A DNA stretch of 64,000 nt from Xylographa opegraphella (lineage: Eukaryota), in the NCBI GenBank assembly GCA_022813865.1, contig JALDZX010000004.1, positions 1 to 64,000 of the forward strand. Direction: 5' to 3'. The translations under genes and the position numbers were made by a program. Each line of letters opens with the position of its first letter. Positions within the stretch are counted from its first letter, which is position 1. The notes under the pieces are model-generated. The model was not told where the DNA came from. It worked only from the letters and a program-made list of their open reading frames with translations, and searched no databases. Of this stretch, positions 24,284 through 37,595 are shown one piece after another.

Positions 24284-26254
24284 TCATCGGAGCCCATCGC
24301 TTCGGTGCCGTTCAGCATCCTGCGCCCCGCGCCCCGCGCTCCGCCCCGCGCTTCCGTCGAACACGAACGGTCCAGCATCATTCCTAGGCGTTAGTGGACC
24401 TACGTGATCCGGACCGTCTCCCGTCGTTGGTGTGGGTGTTCTCAACCCACCAGCCGCACGCGGTGTGGTCGGAGGGCTTCGAGCTATTGCGCTCGGGTTC
24501 GCTGCGAGGTCGATGTTCATGTTCGGGTCCTCCAATGCCGGCACTTCGTTCACAGCACCGAAGGAAGGCCGCGACGCCAGTCGCCGAGATATAAGACTCG
24601 GGCCTGTAGACGGGGTCGGTTGGTTGGTAAGAGAGATCACGACAGGATGCTCGTCTGTCGCATTCGTGACGCAGAGCTGGCGCGAGCGGGAAGCGAGGTC
24701 TGCGTATGCGGACTCATGATTTAGGCGCCCGTTAGAAAGGGAGATGACGTTGCTAAGGGCAGGTATTTCGGTGCCATCTGGATTAGGGTTGGATGCCGCA
24801 TTTGAGGGCTTCTGCTGAGAGTCGACATTGATGTCAGCATCTTCGTCTTCGTCGTCGTGCCATTCGTCCAGTGGATCGTCGACGTCGGCTTCTAGATCGG
24901 CCATCGCGCGGCAGTTGGGACACATGAATTGCGGCCAGGTTTTGTGGTCGTTGAGCATGGGGCGAATGCATTTGTAGTGCCAGACATGGGAACAAGGCGC
25001 AACGAAGAGGGATTGGCAGGGCTATGGCAATCGTCGTGGGTTAGCATATGAATATTCGGTTCGCGGGGTCCTGATCGTACCGCAATAGACATAAGACAGA
25101 TAGCGCATTCCGATGAGTGTGTAGATGCAGTATCGGAGTCCTTTTTAACATCCGTTTTGCCGAGTGCTCGTAGCCGCTTGTGTGTTGTCATACTATTCCA
25201 TTGTTAGCGGAGTGATACCCATGTCCTCAGAGACGTACTTGAAGTTATTGAGACTCTTCTGCCATGCCCGATTACATTCAATCCGTATCTTAACACATCG
25301 GAAAATCATCTCCTCTCCTCCACGAAAGTCAATTCCCAATTGTACCACATCTCCATCGTTCACCGGGAATGGTCTCGATTCCACGCTTGGCTGACTCAAT
25401 CTTATATGGTTCAAGAAAGTTCCAGATGAACTCTTCACATCTTTGATATACCACTGACCCTGTGAGCACCAAAATTCGCAGTGCCTTCGACTAACAACTT
25501 TTGACTTGAAACCCACTGGTGCGGATGACGGCTGATTCAGTGGTGGGTTTGGTTGTCCATCTCTTTCAGAGTACCGCCCAACTCGTATGACACAGTCTTC
25601 GTGCGGCAAGGTTCTCGAGGTAGTCGGAAATGACAGCGATGGTTTCCCAGAACGGGGATCCTGATGCGGTATAAACTTGATGGTAGGCATTTGATCTTGT
25701 GGAAGACCACTTAGATTTGAGTTGTCCCTTGCACCTCCGTGTGCTGGCACTGGTGCGGGCGTAGCGCTTGGTTCGTTGGGGGTTACGGTTCTGGCTAATC
25801 GGGAGAAGTTCCTCGTATCTGTATTCGGTGGTGCTGGCGGTACGGACTGACCTCGCCGTATGGCAGGAGCCTGTGAGCTGGTCTGCGAGTTCTCAGCCCT
25901 CATACGAGCCATATCAACCGAGGCTCCCGCAGTCTCTGTGTCACCTGCTCGATATGGCTCTTCACTTGTCTGGTCTGGATTATTGTTGCTGGAATCGACG
26001 AGAGAATGCCCACCGGACTCGCCTGGTGAATTCGTTGGCTGTTGAGTCGGTGCAGGATAGGTGATGGACCGTAGAAGGCTATTCCGGGGCAGTGGTGGGG
26101 AAGCGGGCTGCTGCGAATGCAAGGAGAGGTGCTGTTGGGTGTAGTTCCTCAGGTAACTCAACCCTCTCAGCCTGCTTGGTCGGGAAGGACCCGTTGGTGA
26201 TGCAGGAGTGCTGGTCGAGACGGCGGGTGCAGAGGGCACAGCATGCGCAAACAT
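24284..26254 (-). CDS. DMA1: FHA + RING E3 ubiquitin ligase (Dma1/Chfr family)
   Basis: FHA: IRVGRYSERD...FKSKVVSRRHCEF...KDVKSSSGTFLNHIRL...QLGIDFRGG; RING: ECAICLMSIA|PCQSLFVAPCSHVWHYKCI...FMCPNCR; two introns. Confidence 0.93.
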
Positions 26255-27291
26255 TTGGCCTTCGAGTGTCTGGGAAGAGCAGGACCAGAAGGTTGTCAAT
26301 AGGTGGGGCTGTCGCCGTAGCAGAGGCAGTGGGGATCTGGCTGTGATTGGGAGAACGAGTGGACGGGGCAGATTTAAGGTCAAGGTTGTGGTACAGTCGC
26401 ACGGAGAGCGTCCAGGGGTGGGGCGGTCGCCTTCCACTCACGCAACCTCCGCGATCTGCCTTTGACACTGCAGATGACGCAATGATGCTCACGAACCAAT
26501 AAGGGGGGCTTCCACTATTGGTGAGCAGGTGTTCACCATCCATAGAAAGGCTTCTGCATAGGATCGAGTGGCCTGGCCAAAGTCATCGACACATGGAACC
26601 CTACGCGATACCGTGGCTTCGTGCTGAAGGCGTCACTGATTAAGGTAGACTACTTAAAAACCTCGAAGCGGCACACGACTGGAATAATCTACACTTTTCA
26701 TATAATAAGCTGACGACCAGCTGTCCAGGTGTTCTTGGCATTGCAGCCATCATGTTTCCAGACATGGAGAGAATTGGACTATGGCTGGTCTCGAAAAGGT
26801 TGAGGCTTAAATGCGTGCGCTCTCGACGGCCTCGATCTACTATTTTTACCAATTCGAGAACAGTTCCCAGATGTTAAACCAGCTGTTGTCCTAACAAGAA
26901 GTGTGAGCTTGGCGATTTGCTGCTATGGCTTTAGTGTCAGGATGGATAACCTTCGGATTGTTGACGATGAGAAACAGCTCTAGCATCTGCGAAGACAAAT
27001 ACATCCATTGAAACACCTTTCACTGATATGATTTTCTCTCTTGTGGGTCCATACAGTCATATTGTGTTAAAAAGCAGCAGCGACGGGAACCATTAACAGC
27101 GAGAGTGCGGTATATTACGGAAATCATTTTCATTCAAGAAATATCTACTTGTTTTTTATTCGACTCTTCTCTGAGACAGGCTATATAGTCACTCCCTGAC
27201 GATCACCTTGTATTCCATATCGGGGTGATCATAACAGTCTGCCTAAATTGCTGTGCCAGATAGTGGCTTCTTATTGCGCATTCTCTCCTTG

Positions 27292-27970
27292 AGCATTTAC
27301 CGTATATATATAGGTCCCGGTTTCACTTGAGCCTGGTCCCAGGCCTGCTGCACTGGCAACATGGTACGGATTCCGGCATAGGAATGTCACGCATGACGGA
27401 TGCGAGTGGAAGGTTCAGGATGTGCACAAGAGCTGCAGGACTCTTACTCATATGAGACCATTTGCGATCCACATTAGCGACCCGGACTTCTAAGAAATCT
27501 TAGACAAGAACCCAGTAGCGTCATCCTAACTCCGCTATACGATCTCGAATCAGGGGTTGAAGAGTGAACTGTGTACGTATTCCGAGAGACGATTCGATTT
27601 TCGTTTCTGGGATTAAGATAACTAGCTACCTATTGATCTTGTCAAAATATCACCTGCTGGAAAACTCTGACGATCTGGCGAGACTGAACGTGGAGTTAAC
27701 AAAGGGATTCAAGAAGGCTTTAGATATTCCCTATTAACAACAGCTTCGGAAGCTTCCATATTTGGTAAGTTATCTTATTGAGCGATGTGCAGCCGAAAGC
27801 AAAGTCACCGAGGCTGTACATGGCTGCTTTTGACAAAGGACCGACGGCCTGTGCAGATATCGAGCGAGCCTCTACTACTTTCCGCATATATCCATACCTC
27901 AGATATTCTCACCGCCGCATCAGTAGACTTGCGTACGCCGAGCGCTTCAAATCGGAGTGGATTGTGCAGT
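27292..27970 (+). pseudogene. Decayed cytochrome P450 relic with stops, frameshifts and large deletions
   Basis: Manual translation: SIYRIYIGP (27292), frameshift, PGPRPAALATWYGF...EWKVQDVHKSCRTLTHMRPFAIHISDPDF*EIL (27332-27502); VSGIKITSYLLILSKYHLLENSDDLARLNVEL...PY*QQLRKLPYL (27603-27764) then donor GTAAGT; later TAC... and AERFKSEW. These match P450 N-terminal PGP, I/J-helix and PERF-like regions in the correct order. Confidence 0.78.
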
Positions 27971-28743
27971 GTAAGAAGAGCTGAGGCACCGCCAATATGG
28001 CGGTCTCGATTCTCTCACAAGAATTACAGCAGGTAATACCATTCATTTCAAATAAAGCATTAGTCCCCCTTGTGAACCGTCCTCCTGATACGATGCACTA
28101 TGCAAGCGACATTCCGCTTCGCTATCTATCCTGGACGTTGTGGCGACCGTCATGCACCACCAATGTCTCTAAGCCGCCCTGCACGACAAATTCCCTTCAC
28201 AACCCATCTGCGGACAGAAGCTGTACCCAGCACCTTATACATGCATCGGGATGAGAATGATTTCCCCCTTACACGTACTCAATTCCGTAATCTACCCCAA
28301 TGCCAGCGCCCCATAATTTACCGGTCCATTGTCCGAGCGTGCCTCGTCCTCGCGTCTGTTACACCCTATGAGACGTCAATGCATTGTGAGATGCCTTATA
28401 ATGCCATCAGAATATGCCGCTGCTGGTCCTGTGATCCACCAAGTATCGAACTAGGAATTATGCAATTGCACCGCCTTTTTTGCTCCAGAATCCTACACTC
28501 GGCTCGGCATCATGTTCCTCGAATTCAAGCAGACGATAAGAATACTGTCATCCTAAAAAGCATGCCGAGGCGTTCCGGCGGTTTGAATTTTCTACCGCAA
28601 TTTACCTCTTCGTGCAAAAAAATGTAAGTAACAATCTTTACCTCCGTAGTCAGCTCCTTCGTCCCATCGAGAGATGGGGAAAAAGACCAAAAAAAAGATG
28701 GTGTCTGCGGTTTTCCGGGGTGGGCCCCAGAAAGGTGGTAAAT

Positions 28744-28830
28744 TCTCCAGACCTGGAATCGAACCAGGGACAACCCGGTTAACAATTTACAATTACAGCC
28801 GGGTGCCATAACCAACTAGACCACCTGGAG
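28744..28830 (-). tRNA. tRNA-Tyr(GTA) with 13-nt intron
   Basis: Minus strand: acceptor stem CTCCAGG/TCTGGAG, A-box TGGTCTAGTTGG, anticodon stem CCCGG/CCGGG with loop CT-GTA-A, intron 28780-28792 after position 37, T arm CCTGG-TTCGATT-CCAGG, discriminator A; downstream T run near 28689-28697. Confidence 0.95.
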
Positions 28831-30479
28831 TTAAGGCTCATGGTCCGTATTTAGAGTAATATACCTCAACAATTTCCGGAAGGGAAACTTTTGATTGGAT
28901 CGTAACGTCGGGACTGAGACCTAAGACCTAACCCTATAACTTAAGTACTTCATCCAAATGCGGCAATGACTTGAAGGCTTGCGATATTTGAATTAGGGAA
29001 TGTGAATATGAGACCGTTCACTACTATCACTATCAGGGTATATTAGATTATACTTTTAGGGGGGACGTAAAGACGTTTCGCGGACTGCAGATACTGTAAG
29101 GAGAGCAGATAGGTAGGTAAGACTTTGATCTTGCGAAAGTGGGATCGGAGCCTGAAGCTAGAAGTTGATAGCGCTTCGGCGGGCAGATACTCCCACTACG
29201 TTGCCGAAACAATTTCGTAATTATTACAAGTCTGGCTCGAACAACCTGTATTGGATACACCTCATCAGAGGTCTGACGCTACCTGTTCCTCCTCTCTCAT
29301 TGAACTCAGAGTGCGTCCTCACAGCTCTATTCTCCTGTTTCTAATATTGCCGCCATTCCTGCAACAGGCGCACGAGATTTCCGCCTTCTGGCGAGTACAG
29401 CATGCTCTCTCGATCCAGAAAAACGTCATCAGCCGTCCGTTCGTACTGTTCCATGAAGTTATTCACTTCGTTTTGATCCATATCCACCGAGTCTGAGTCT
29501 TCTAAGCTTCCACCAGTATCATAACGATTGGAAACGCCTTGCTTCTCTTGATCCAGACTGCCGGCCCGCGCCCGGACTTCCCTTTCAATCTCCGACTCCG
29601 TTTCCTTGGAGGCAGATCAAGAAGCAAGGGCTTTCCAGCTTCCAGGAAGGTTGGTGTTGACTACCACTGCGGATTTCCTCGCTGGATGTATCAAGTAGTG
29701 GCACGTTCCCAGATGTTGGTTTCAGATCCTTTCTCGACCTGGCTAGCTGCCTCTCCTGTAACTTCGGGAGATACGGTGTTCTGTGATGCAGCGCTATGGA
29801 CGGGCGACTTCGCGCAAACTATAAAACCAAGACCAAGATTGTTCTGAACTTGCAGTACTTGTTGGGGCTCGAGGAATCGTAGGTGATAGTGACTTCAGTA
29901 AGCTGGTGTTCGAGATCTTGCTCAGCACTCCCATGTTCTATATCAAGAATCCCGCTTGACGCTCAATCATTCAAGCAATAAAAGTCTAGCATGCCATATT
30001 CACCACTATAACCATGTATCCTGCCGTTCCCTCTCTTTCACTGTACCAACTTTCCCCTTATATACGACGCGTCCATCATCAGCTAGGACTGAATCAGTAT
30101 ATACGATATGGGCACTGGCCTCTGTAGAAAGGAATGCTCGTAAACATTCGCTATTGCAATACCAAAAGAGTTCACATGTTCAGGTTATGAAGGTACACTC
30201 GTTAACGTCGCAGATACTCGTCATCGGTCATTGCATTCATAGCTGCTGCGCAAGATCCGGAAAGGCCATTTTCTACATGCCTGATAGCACCCAAGGGGTC
30301 TCATACCGCGAAGGAAAGCCAGCCAACGCTGGACTCGAATGCTGCTTAATACCTCTGAAGAGCAGCATTGAGAAGGTGACATTCGGTCGATCCCAGCGCC
30401 AAGCACCCTAATTTTGTACCAGATACCTTCTGAAGGTTTTGGCGCGATGAGTTTCGACCGATGATGTACGACGTGTTGT

Positions 30480-31870
30480 TCAAGATGAGTACTGTATTTC
30501 CAATCCGAGACCCCGGAAGATTTGTTCCTTTCTCTTGACGTCAATCAAAATTCCAGCGGTGTAGAGAAGTTCCTTGACTCTGCCTTCCCACAACAAACCA
30601 ATTCCCCAATCCTGGTTTACCCGCGCCTTTAAGACTCCGGCAGTGTTTTCGTCTCTGTGTTCTTCATCTGAGCCTTGTACTGTCTCGGCCAGTAATAAAC
30701 TCGATGCGGGTATGTCCCACCCTTCCCTCCCTTTTATTTTTTTGTGTACCCACTGTAAGTCGGTCTGCCGCAAGTTCCTTCGTCTCCATAGCTCCATACC
30801 AACTTGCAATTCGCTTTCATAGCTATAGAAATTGAAGTCAAACCGAGAGCATAAAGCAAGGGAGCGTCCGGCTTTGACGGCGTACGTAGTTGAGAGGTTA
30901 CCCATCAGTGGATTAAGGGTTAAGGTCATGGTGTATGGGAAGCCGCTATGTGATGGGAGTGTCGTAAAACGAATTCCTGTGCTCATTCCGCCCGATTTGT
31001 TCAATAGACCATAATACATTTCAGCGCCTGCACTGAACCTTCCGTTGCGCCCACCAATCCCTTCCTTCCCTTGAAGGGCAGTCTTCGCTTTGGTCAGAGC
31101 TTCCGATTCAGGTGAGCTTGCGCCTTCACGCGGATCCTGACCGAAGTTGTACAGACCGCGAACACCGAGGAGCGCGCTGTCTGTGCTGTATAAGTACTCT
31201 GTAGAGTATTTTCCAACATCATTTTGAAGAAGCAGCAGAATTGAGCCGCCAGACTTGAGTGCCGAAGAAGAAACGCAAGATATCTTTAACTGCGTGGTAG
31301 GGGATAGACGTCGGAGATATAGTGCTTCGAGGTGGGAGTTTGGTAAATAGAGGCGTCCATAGAGGAGAGTATCTATGGAGCACGTCAGCTTCCAGCCTAG
31401 TTTGCCTGCAACTAGAAAACTCGGCACTTTTTCGATCTATTCGTTTCCCTCCATGCCACACCTCCCACCACCAGGGCTCATCGGGACACCGTAGCTCATG
31501 CAACTGTCTGTAACCTCGGATAACACTTCTCAATGGAATATCGTTACTTTTAGAGGGTATCTGGAGAGGCAACGAGGTATATAGGTAAGACAGAGATCCG
31601 TCGACTTCACCGATACTCCCTAGGGTGTAGGAAGTCGCGAAGTTGGGAGATGAAAGTGAAGAGAAGCTAAGGCGAAGGCCATTCGGGGTTGGAAAGTCGA
31701 GAAGAGCTACTACATGGTCAGAGAAGCCATGGCGAGAGATACTATGGAGCCATCGTATGCAAGCTCGGCATACCTCGTGCTGTAGCTGTCAAATGGCCAT
31801 AAGAGTTATCCGGGTTCCAGTGAGACGCGGTAAAGAAGGCCTGCTGGACATAGTCCATGAAGCCAAGCAT
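30480..31870 (-). CDS. MDM10: Mitochondrial outer membrane beta-barrel Mdm10 (ERMES/SAM)
   Basis: [44 protein letters not shown]...[62 protein letters not shown], terminal EIQYSS; two introns. Confidence 0.95.
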
Positions 31871-32648
31871 CTTGGGCTAGCGCTTGAGAAAAAATTCTTT
31901 AAAATCATCTTCCCAGCATCCTTTCCCTACCTGAGATAATGGACAATTGGTCCGACATGATTGAAAATCTAGTAGTATGTCGCAACACCAGGAGACGACG
32001 CTTCCAGCCGAGGTCTTAGGACCTACTCTTAGCTATATATGGACTAGCGTCTATCTGTGAAAGCTCGAGTACCTCACAGGTATGGTATCTAGTCTACTTT
32101 CAGAGCTGATGAACTATTTGTTCGGACATCGTTGGTGTTACTTATTATGCTGGAGGTATTCCATCTCCAAAGCTGAGGCTTTCTATTCTTAGTTGACTGA
32201 ATAAATGAAGAAAGCACACAAATCGCTTCCAGCGCTTGCTACTATTTGTTTCTCACGCATACGGTATCTACTTGGACCTAATGCGGGCTATCCTACGTAT
32301 CTGCCGTTTGACTTGACATTACATTGTTCGAGCAGAGATCACGCCTTTGAATAGGTAATTGCTGAACACCTCATGCAGTGCTAGCTCCACTGGTAGTGGT
32401 GCTGCTGGTTCGGCAATATGTGCGTCCATCCCACTAAGCTAGGACCGGCTGCACCGATACCATTGGACGCCATGCACCATATCTGAGATTTCCCCATATA
32501 CCAACCTATTCTCTATTCTTCATTTCCAGCCTTCGCTTAAAAGTCTCAGAAGAAACATTCTGTTAATTTTCACTCTGTGCATTGTTTTGGTACATATATA
32601 ACCATATCGATATCATAAGGCTATCTCCTATACGTATAACAATTCAAC

Positions 32649-33422
32649 ATGTCCACTCAATATGACAAGCTCGGCCGACTATACAATGAGATGCAATCTG
32701 TTCCAGGGCAGATCATGCTCCCAGAAAACACTCGGGCAGCACTCGGCGACATCTCCGGCTACGATGTTTTGGATCTCGCATGCGGTGCTGGCCTTTACAG
32801 CAACTTGCTGATCGATTGGGGCGCCGCACACGTGTTCGGCATCGATATATCCTCCGAGATGATCAAAGTAGCCCGATCCAGTCTGAAGCCCGACAGAAGC
32901 CACTGCATCGAATATCACGTCGGCGACTGCACGGCGCCAGATCTGCTCCAGACTCTAGGAATCGGCAGGGAGAGACAGTTCGACCTTGTCCATGGCGCCT
33001 GGCTGCTCAACTACGCCGCCACCGAGGACGAGCTCACGCGTATGTGGCGCAACATCGCCTCCAACCTCAAACCAGGGGGTCGCTTCGTGGGCATCATCCC
33101 GAACCTGGACGTGGACTTTAGCGACGAGAAGCCCTTCGACGACCCAAAGTACGGAGTGACCACGAAACCCATCGAGAAGGTCCCGCACGGAAACAGAGTC
33201 CGCGTCACCGCACACACGGCCGGGCGCGTGGAGTTTGAGAATTACATACTCAACGGCGACCACGTGTACGAGCGGTCGGCCGCAGCGGCTGGCATGTGCC
33301 ACGTCAAATGGAAAGCCGTCTCCCCGCGGCCGGAAGACATCGAGCGCATGGAAGAGGGCTTCTGGGACGATTTCGTAGCGAGACCGTTTTCGGCGGTTTG
33401 CACGGCCGTCCGCGAACCGTGA
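32649..33422 (+). CDS. Class I SAM-dependent methyltransferase (ToxA-like small-molecule methyltransferase)
   Basis: VLDLACGAG motif I, GIDISSEMI, FDLVHGAWLLNYA, NLKPGGRFVGI; intronless 257 aa. Substrate unknown. Confidence 0.88.
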   Translation: MSTQYDKLGRLYNEMQSVPGQIMLPENTRAALGDISGYDVLDLACGAGLYSNLLIDWGAAHVFGIDISSEMIKVARSSLKPDRSHCIEYHVGDCTAPDLLQTLGIGRERQFDLVHGAWLLNYAATEDELTRMWRNIASNLKPGGRFVGIIPNLDVDFSDEKPFDDPKYGVTTKPIEKVPHGNRVRVTAHTAGRVEFENYILNGDHVYERSAAAAGMCHVKWKAVSPRPEDIERMEEGFWDDFVARPFSAVCTAVREP

Positions 33423-34479
33423 CGGCGGCGAGACAGTACTCCACATGTAGCAAAATCCCATTTTACGTACCCAGTCTGCAGGACGATTATGATAAGCTCA
33501 GCAACCTACCATCTTCTGAGACAACGTCCAACGCCCCACCGTCACCCATAAGCAGCACGAAAAATCCAACTCCACGCTCATCCTCACGTAACCCAAAGAA
33601 CCTCTTCACACAGCTACATCCTCAAAATCCCATCTCCCCCAGCCAGCCTAGCCTCACCAACAGTGCCTACCAATTCCCCAAAACCCCAAGGACACTATTC
33701 CCCCGTACCCACGCTTGATGGCTTCCAACAAGGTATCAACCCCTAGATACCCCTAACCTATCCGATCATCCTACCTCCATCGATTCAATCCCCAATCCGT
33801 CGCCCACCAAATCTAGGAAATGCTTAGGCGCAACGAGTAGAGGAGCTGGAGAAGCCGGAGAGGTGAATGGCATAGGCGAAGCATGCCTTGCGAGACTGAT
33901 AGTGATCGAACTGCATGCAGAAAAGGTCGCCTTGGGATATGATTCTGCCAGAACATAATGCCAAGTTGTGGCGGAGCATAGGCACATATGAGGGAGGATG
34001 GCATCGAGTATAAGAACCGCACAAGTTTGCGTTATCTTCAACATCAATCTCATGAAGCTCCACATATACATTCACAATAATTACTTCACAGGGTTACAGC
34101 AGTCAAGAGTCTAACCAATGCATTCTGTTGTTACTTTTGTATCTACTCACAAATACAGATCAAGATTAGTCCATGCCGTAGCACAGACAGAGCGTGCAAT
34201 AAGCCGACCAAAGCAATACAATGTCCTAGCAAGCATGAAACACAGTCCGTAGACTGCGATGACATATCTGCGGAATTTTGGAGTGGTAAGACAGATGCAA
34301 GAAAACCGATCAATAAAGCAGACATAGAAGACTCGTCCCCTCAGCGTCAACACTTTGTCTCCTCCCGCCGTGCCATTACGATTAGCAACCAGTGTGTATC
34401 ATGCGCGATAGTGGTATCATCAAACAAAAGCAGCCACAGATCAACACAGCGCCATATCAAGATGAGTGAACAAAAGCAC

Positions 34480-37400
34480 CTAGACCCTGCCGCTGAGGAC
34501 GGGGTTGTTCATGCCAAGAAGAGTGCCTGAGCCGGCAGTGTTTCCATTGGTGATACCTCCATTGTTCTTGAGAGACAGGTCTTGAGAAGCATTGTTGTCG
34601 AATGCTTGGTTGACCTGGGAGCTGAAACCTCCAGTGGCACCGTTAGTCTGGTCGTACCCGGTACCGCTTGTAGCAGTGCCGTACTCAGCACCAGTGGTTT
34701 GGCCATATCCAGTGCTGGCTGATTGATCATAGCTGGGTCCTGTTGTGCGAGGTTCTGGTGATCCGAAAGTAGACTCACCCTCGTGGAGGTTCTGAGGTCC
34801 ACGAATACCTCCTGAAGCAGCGTTGTGGGGCTTGCGACTCACAGGTGTGACGCGCGGGAGGTTGATGGACTCTTTCGCGGAACCGATACCGAAGACAGGG
34901 GACTCCCACTTATCACCCTTTCTTGCAAGCTCCTTGTATTCAGTGGCCTTTGTAGAGATTCCGCCTGGCAACTTGATATCCTTAAAGATAGAATCGTACT
35001 GGGTCATGGCGACATTAGCCTTCTTATCAGCAGCTACCTCGGCAGACTTCTGTTTGCCTTGAGCAAATTTCTTCTGTGCAGCAGTAGCGTATTGCTGGTA
35101 AATGTTCTGAGCCTGCTCAGGATCGTTCTTAGCTGTTTCCTTGGCACGGTTGACCTCCTGCTGAATTGAGTACGCCATCCCATCGAATTCATTGAGCTTG
35201 TCTTTGATAACCTTCTCCAGGACCTTCTGGATGACCGGGCGGAGCACTTTGAAAAGAAGCGGCTTGAAGACGTTGAAGAGGAGCTTGTGGTTTGACTGCT
35301 TGAGCTTGATGTTAAGATTCTTCACATCAACAACCACACTGTTGACCTTGAAGAAATTCTGGCGCATCTTCTCATCGGCAGTCTCCATAGCAATTTTGAA
35401 GCTGAAACCAGTTCCACCCATGAAGATGTCCATGACACCTTTGTCCATGACAGACGGAAATCCCTCCTTCTTCTTGACATAGTAACTGACATCTTTCAGG
35501 TCCATTTGCACACCAGAAACGTTAACCATGACCTTGTTCTTGTTCTTGCTGGCAACTGTCTTGCGGCCCCAACGGAAAAGGTTGTCGCTGCCAATCTCTA
35601 ACAAGTTGGGGGTAAGATTGTCGCTCTCAATGACCAAGTTCTCCACGATAGCATCCATCATGTGGTCGGTGTATTCAATTCTAGGGATTGGGACGTAGCG
35701 TACGCTCTCAAATGCGCCGGGAAGGATGACATTCGTCAGATCCTTAATAAGGTGGGGCTTGAAAGCTGGTTTACCATTCTCGTCGTGTCCAAGGTCGTTG
35801 AAGAGTTTGTTCATGGAGTTGGCGAAACGAGTGTTTTGAGGATCTTGATCAAACTGATCGGCCAAGAACTTAATCTCGTCCATGACACGGTTGGTGTGAT
35901 CCCGGTAACGATCACGAAGGAGAAAGTTACCACGATCATACAAGCGGTTATACTCCTCTGTAGCTCGATCCTCCATAATGTAACCGGTTTCCTTGAGACA
36001 CTTTCGAACATATTGGTCCATTTCACGGAACCACTTCTTGAGTTCAGGGTCCCTATCCGCGTCACGGTACATGTTGTTGATAGCCTCAAAGAGGTCATCG
36101 GAAGAAGTAGAGTTAGCAAAGCGTTCAATCAGAGTCTAACATCCGTTAGCATATTCAGATTGACTAGCACAGCATATAGTCACCTTGAGATCAGCTTCAG
36201 CAGCAGTGAGAGCACTGTCGGTGTGCGCACCCTTTACTGTTCCAGCACCCTGTTGAGCGACATTGTGTCCATGGCCGGTGTACTCCTCAGCTAACGATAG
36301 AAGTGTATCGACGGCCTGTTGATCTGCGAAAGTGTAAGTCATATCAACTGCTGACCAAGGTTTAGTGGATACCTACAATCTTGGTGTCCCTGAATTTCAA
36401 CAACCATCTTCTTCAGACGCCAGATAGTCTGATCACGACGTTCTTGAGGCATCTGATTCCGTAGGTAATCCTTGGTTTGAGCTTTGGTCTGGTTCTTGGT
36501 ATCTCGAACCTTATCCTTGGTCTCATCAGGGAAATTCTGCTTTGCCTTATTCGCAAGGCTTGAAGCACCAGCCATAGCGCCTCCTTGGGCGTCAATGCCA
36601 GAGTCACCACCATATTGTGCCTCATCCGCTGCAGCTCCGCCGACGTCCTCGGGATTGCGCGAACCGTCAGGGTGTGCATTCTGAGTTGCATCACCAGCGG
36701 CGTCCTTCATATCCTGGCGAGAGACAGGTTTGAATTTATCAAAGGTACCCTTGGCCTGGCTCTTGAGATCGCCAGATTGGGGAACATCGTGCCAGGTGTT
36801 ATCTTGAGCAGGTTTGTCTAGCTGATTCAGCTCTTCCTCGGATGGGTTGATCTTATTGGCAGCGGTTGACGCAGCATCGCCAGCCATATTACGGATCAGG
36901 ATAGTAGCATCACTCACTAAGGAATATCAGCACGTCACATGAGAAAGACCAGTCAAAAGAATATAACACTCACAAAGTTTTCGGAATTGACCGTTGGAAA
37001 CGATCAGGGTGCCGAGAGTCCTCAGGCCATCAAGGGCCTGGTTGCCATGTTGCTTCGCGGTGTCCTTGTCGATTGGCGCGTTAGGTAGAGCAGCATTTCC
37101 GCCCCCGATGTGCTGTGTCTGCCAAATGAAGTCTTGAAGCAAGTTTCCCTCATTCTTGGTGAGAAGCAAAATCTTGGCCTGCTCGATCACGTCGCGAAAA
37201 TCCTTGACAAGTTCTCGGCCCTCGGCAGAGAGCTTGTTGGATGGACTGGCCAAAGCCTTCGACGCAAGAAAAGAGTTCAGAGCGACATCAATCTGTCGAT
37301 TCTGCAGTCATCGTTAGAATCCTCAATCTCAGTCCATCCAATCACTGAACTTACTGATGGAACTTTGCCGTTGGAGAAGGCTACCAAAATCATGATGTCA

Positions 37401-37595
37401 GCCAATGTTGGGAAGGCGAACGCGACAACACGCGGAGCCACCCGGAGCAACGGGTGACGTTCACACCCGAAAGTGACGGAAAAGCATCAACGTACCATTG
37501 TAGATTCCGTACAGCTGTAGCTTCTGGTTGATGTCCGCCTCCTTCTGCGCGACGTTGGTGGGGCGATTGACGGTGTTGGAAGCCATGGTAGCCAT
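34480..37595 (-). CDS. Conserved fungal protein of the DUF4449/DUF5923 type (S. pombe C32A11.02c-like)
   Basis: MASNTVNRPTNVAQKEADINQKLQLYGIY, GKVPSNRQID, LLLTKNEGNLLQDFIW, TIWRLKKMVVEIQGHQDY, VRYVPIPRIEY, LVIESDNLTPN; about five introns. Family name from recall; start is 37595 or 37586. Confidence 0.8.

Noticed and set aside
28915..28945. CCTAAGACCTAACCCTATAAC, telomere-like
   Set aside because: Fewer than two true CCCTAA units; not an interstitial telomere array.
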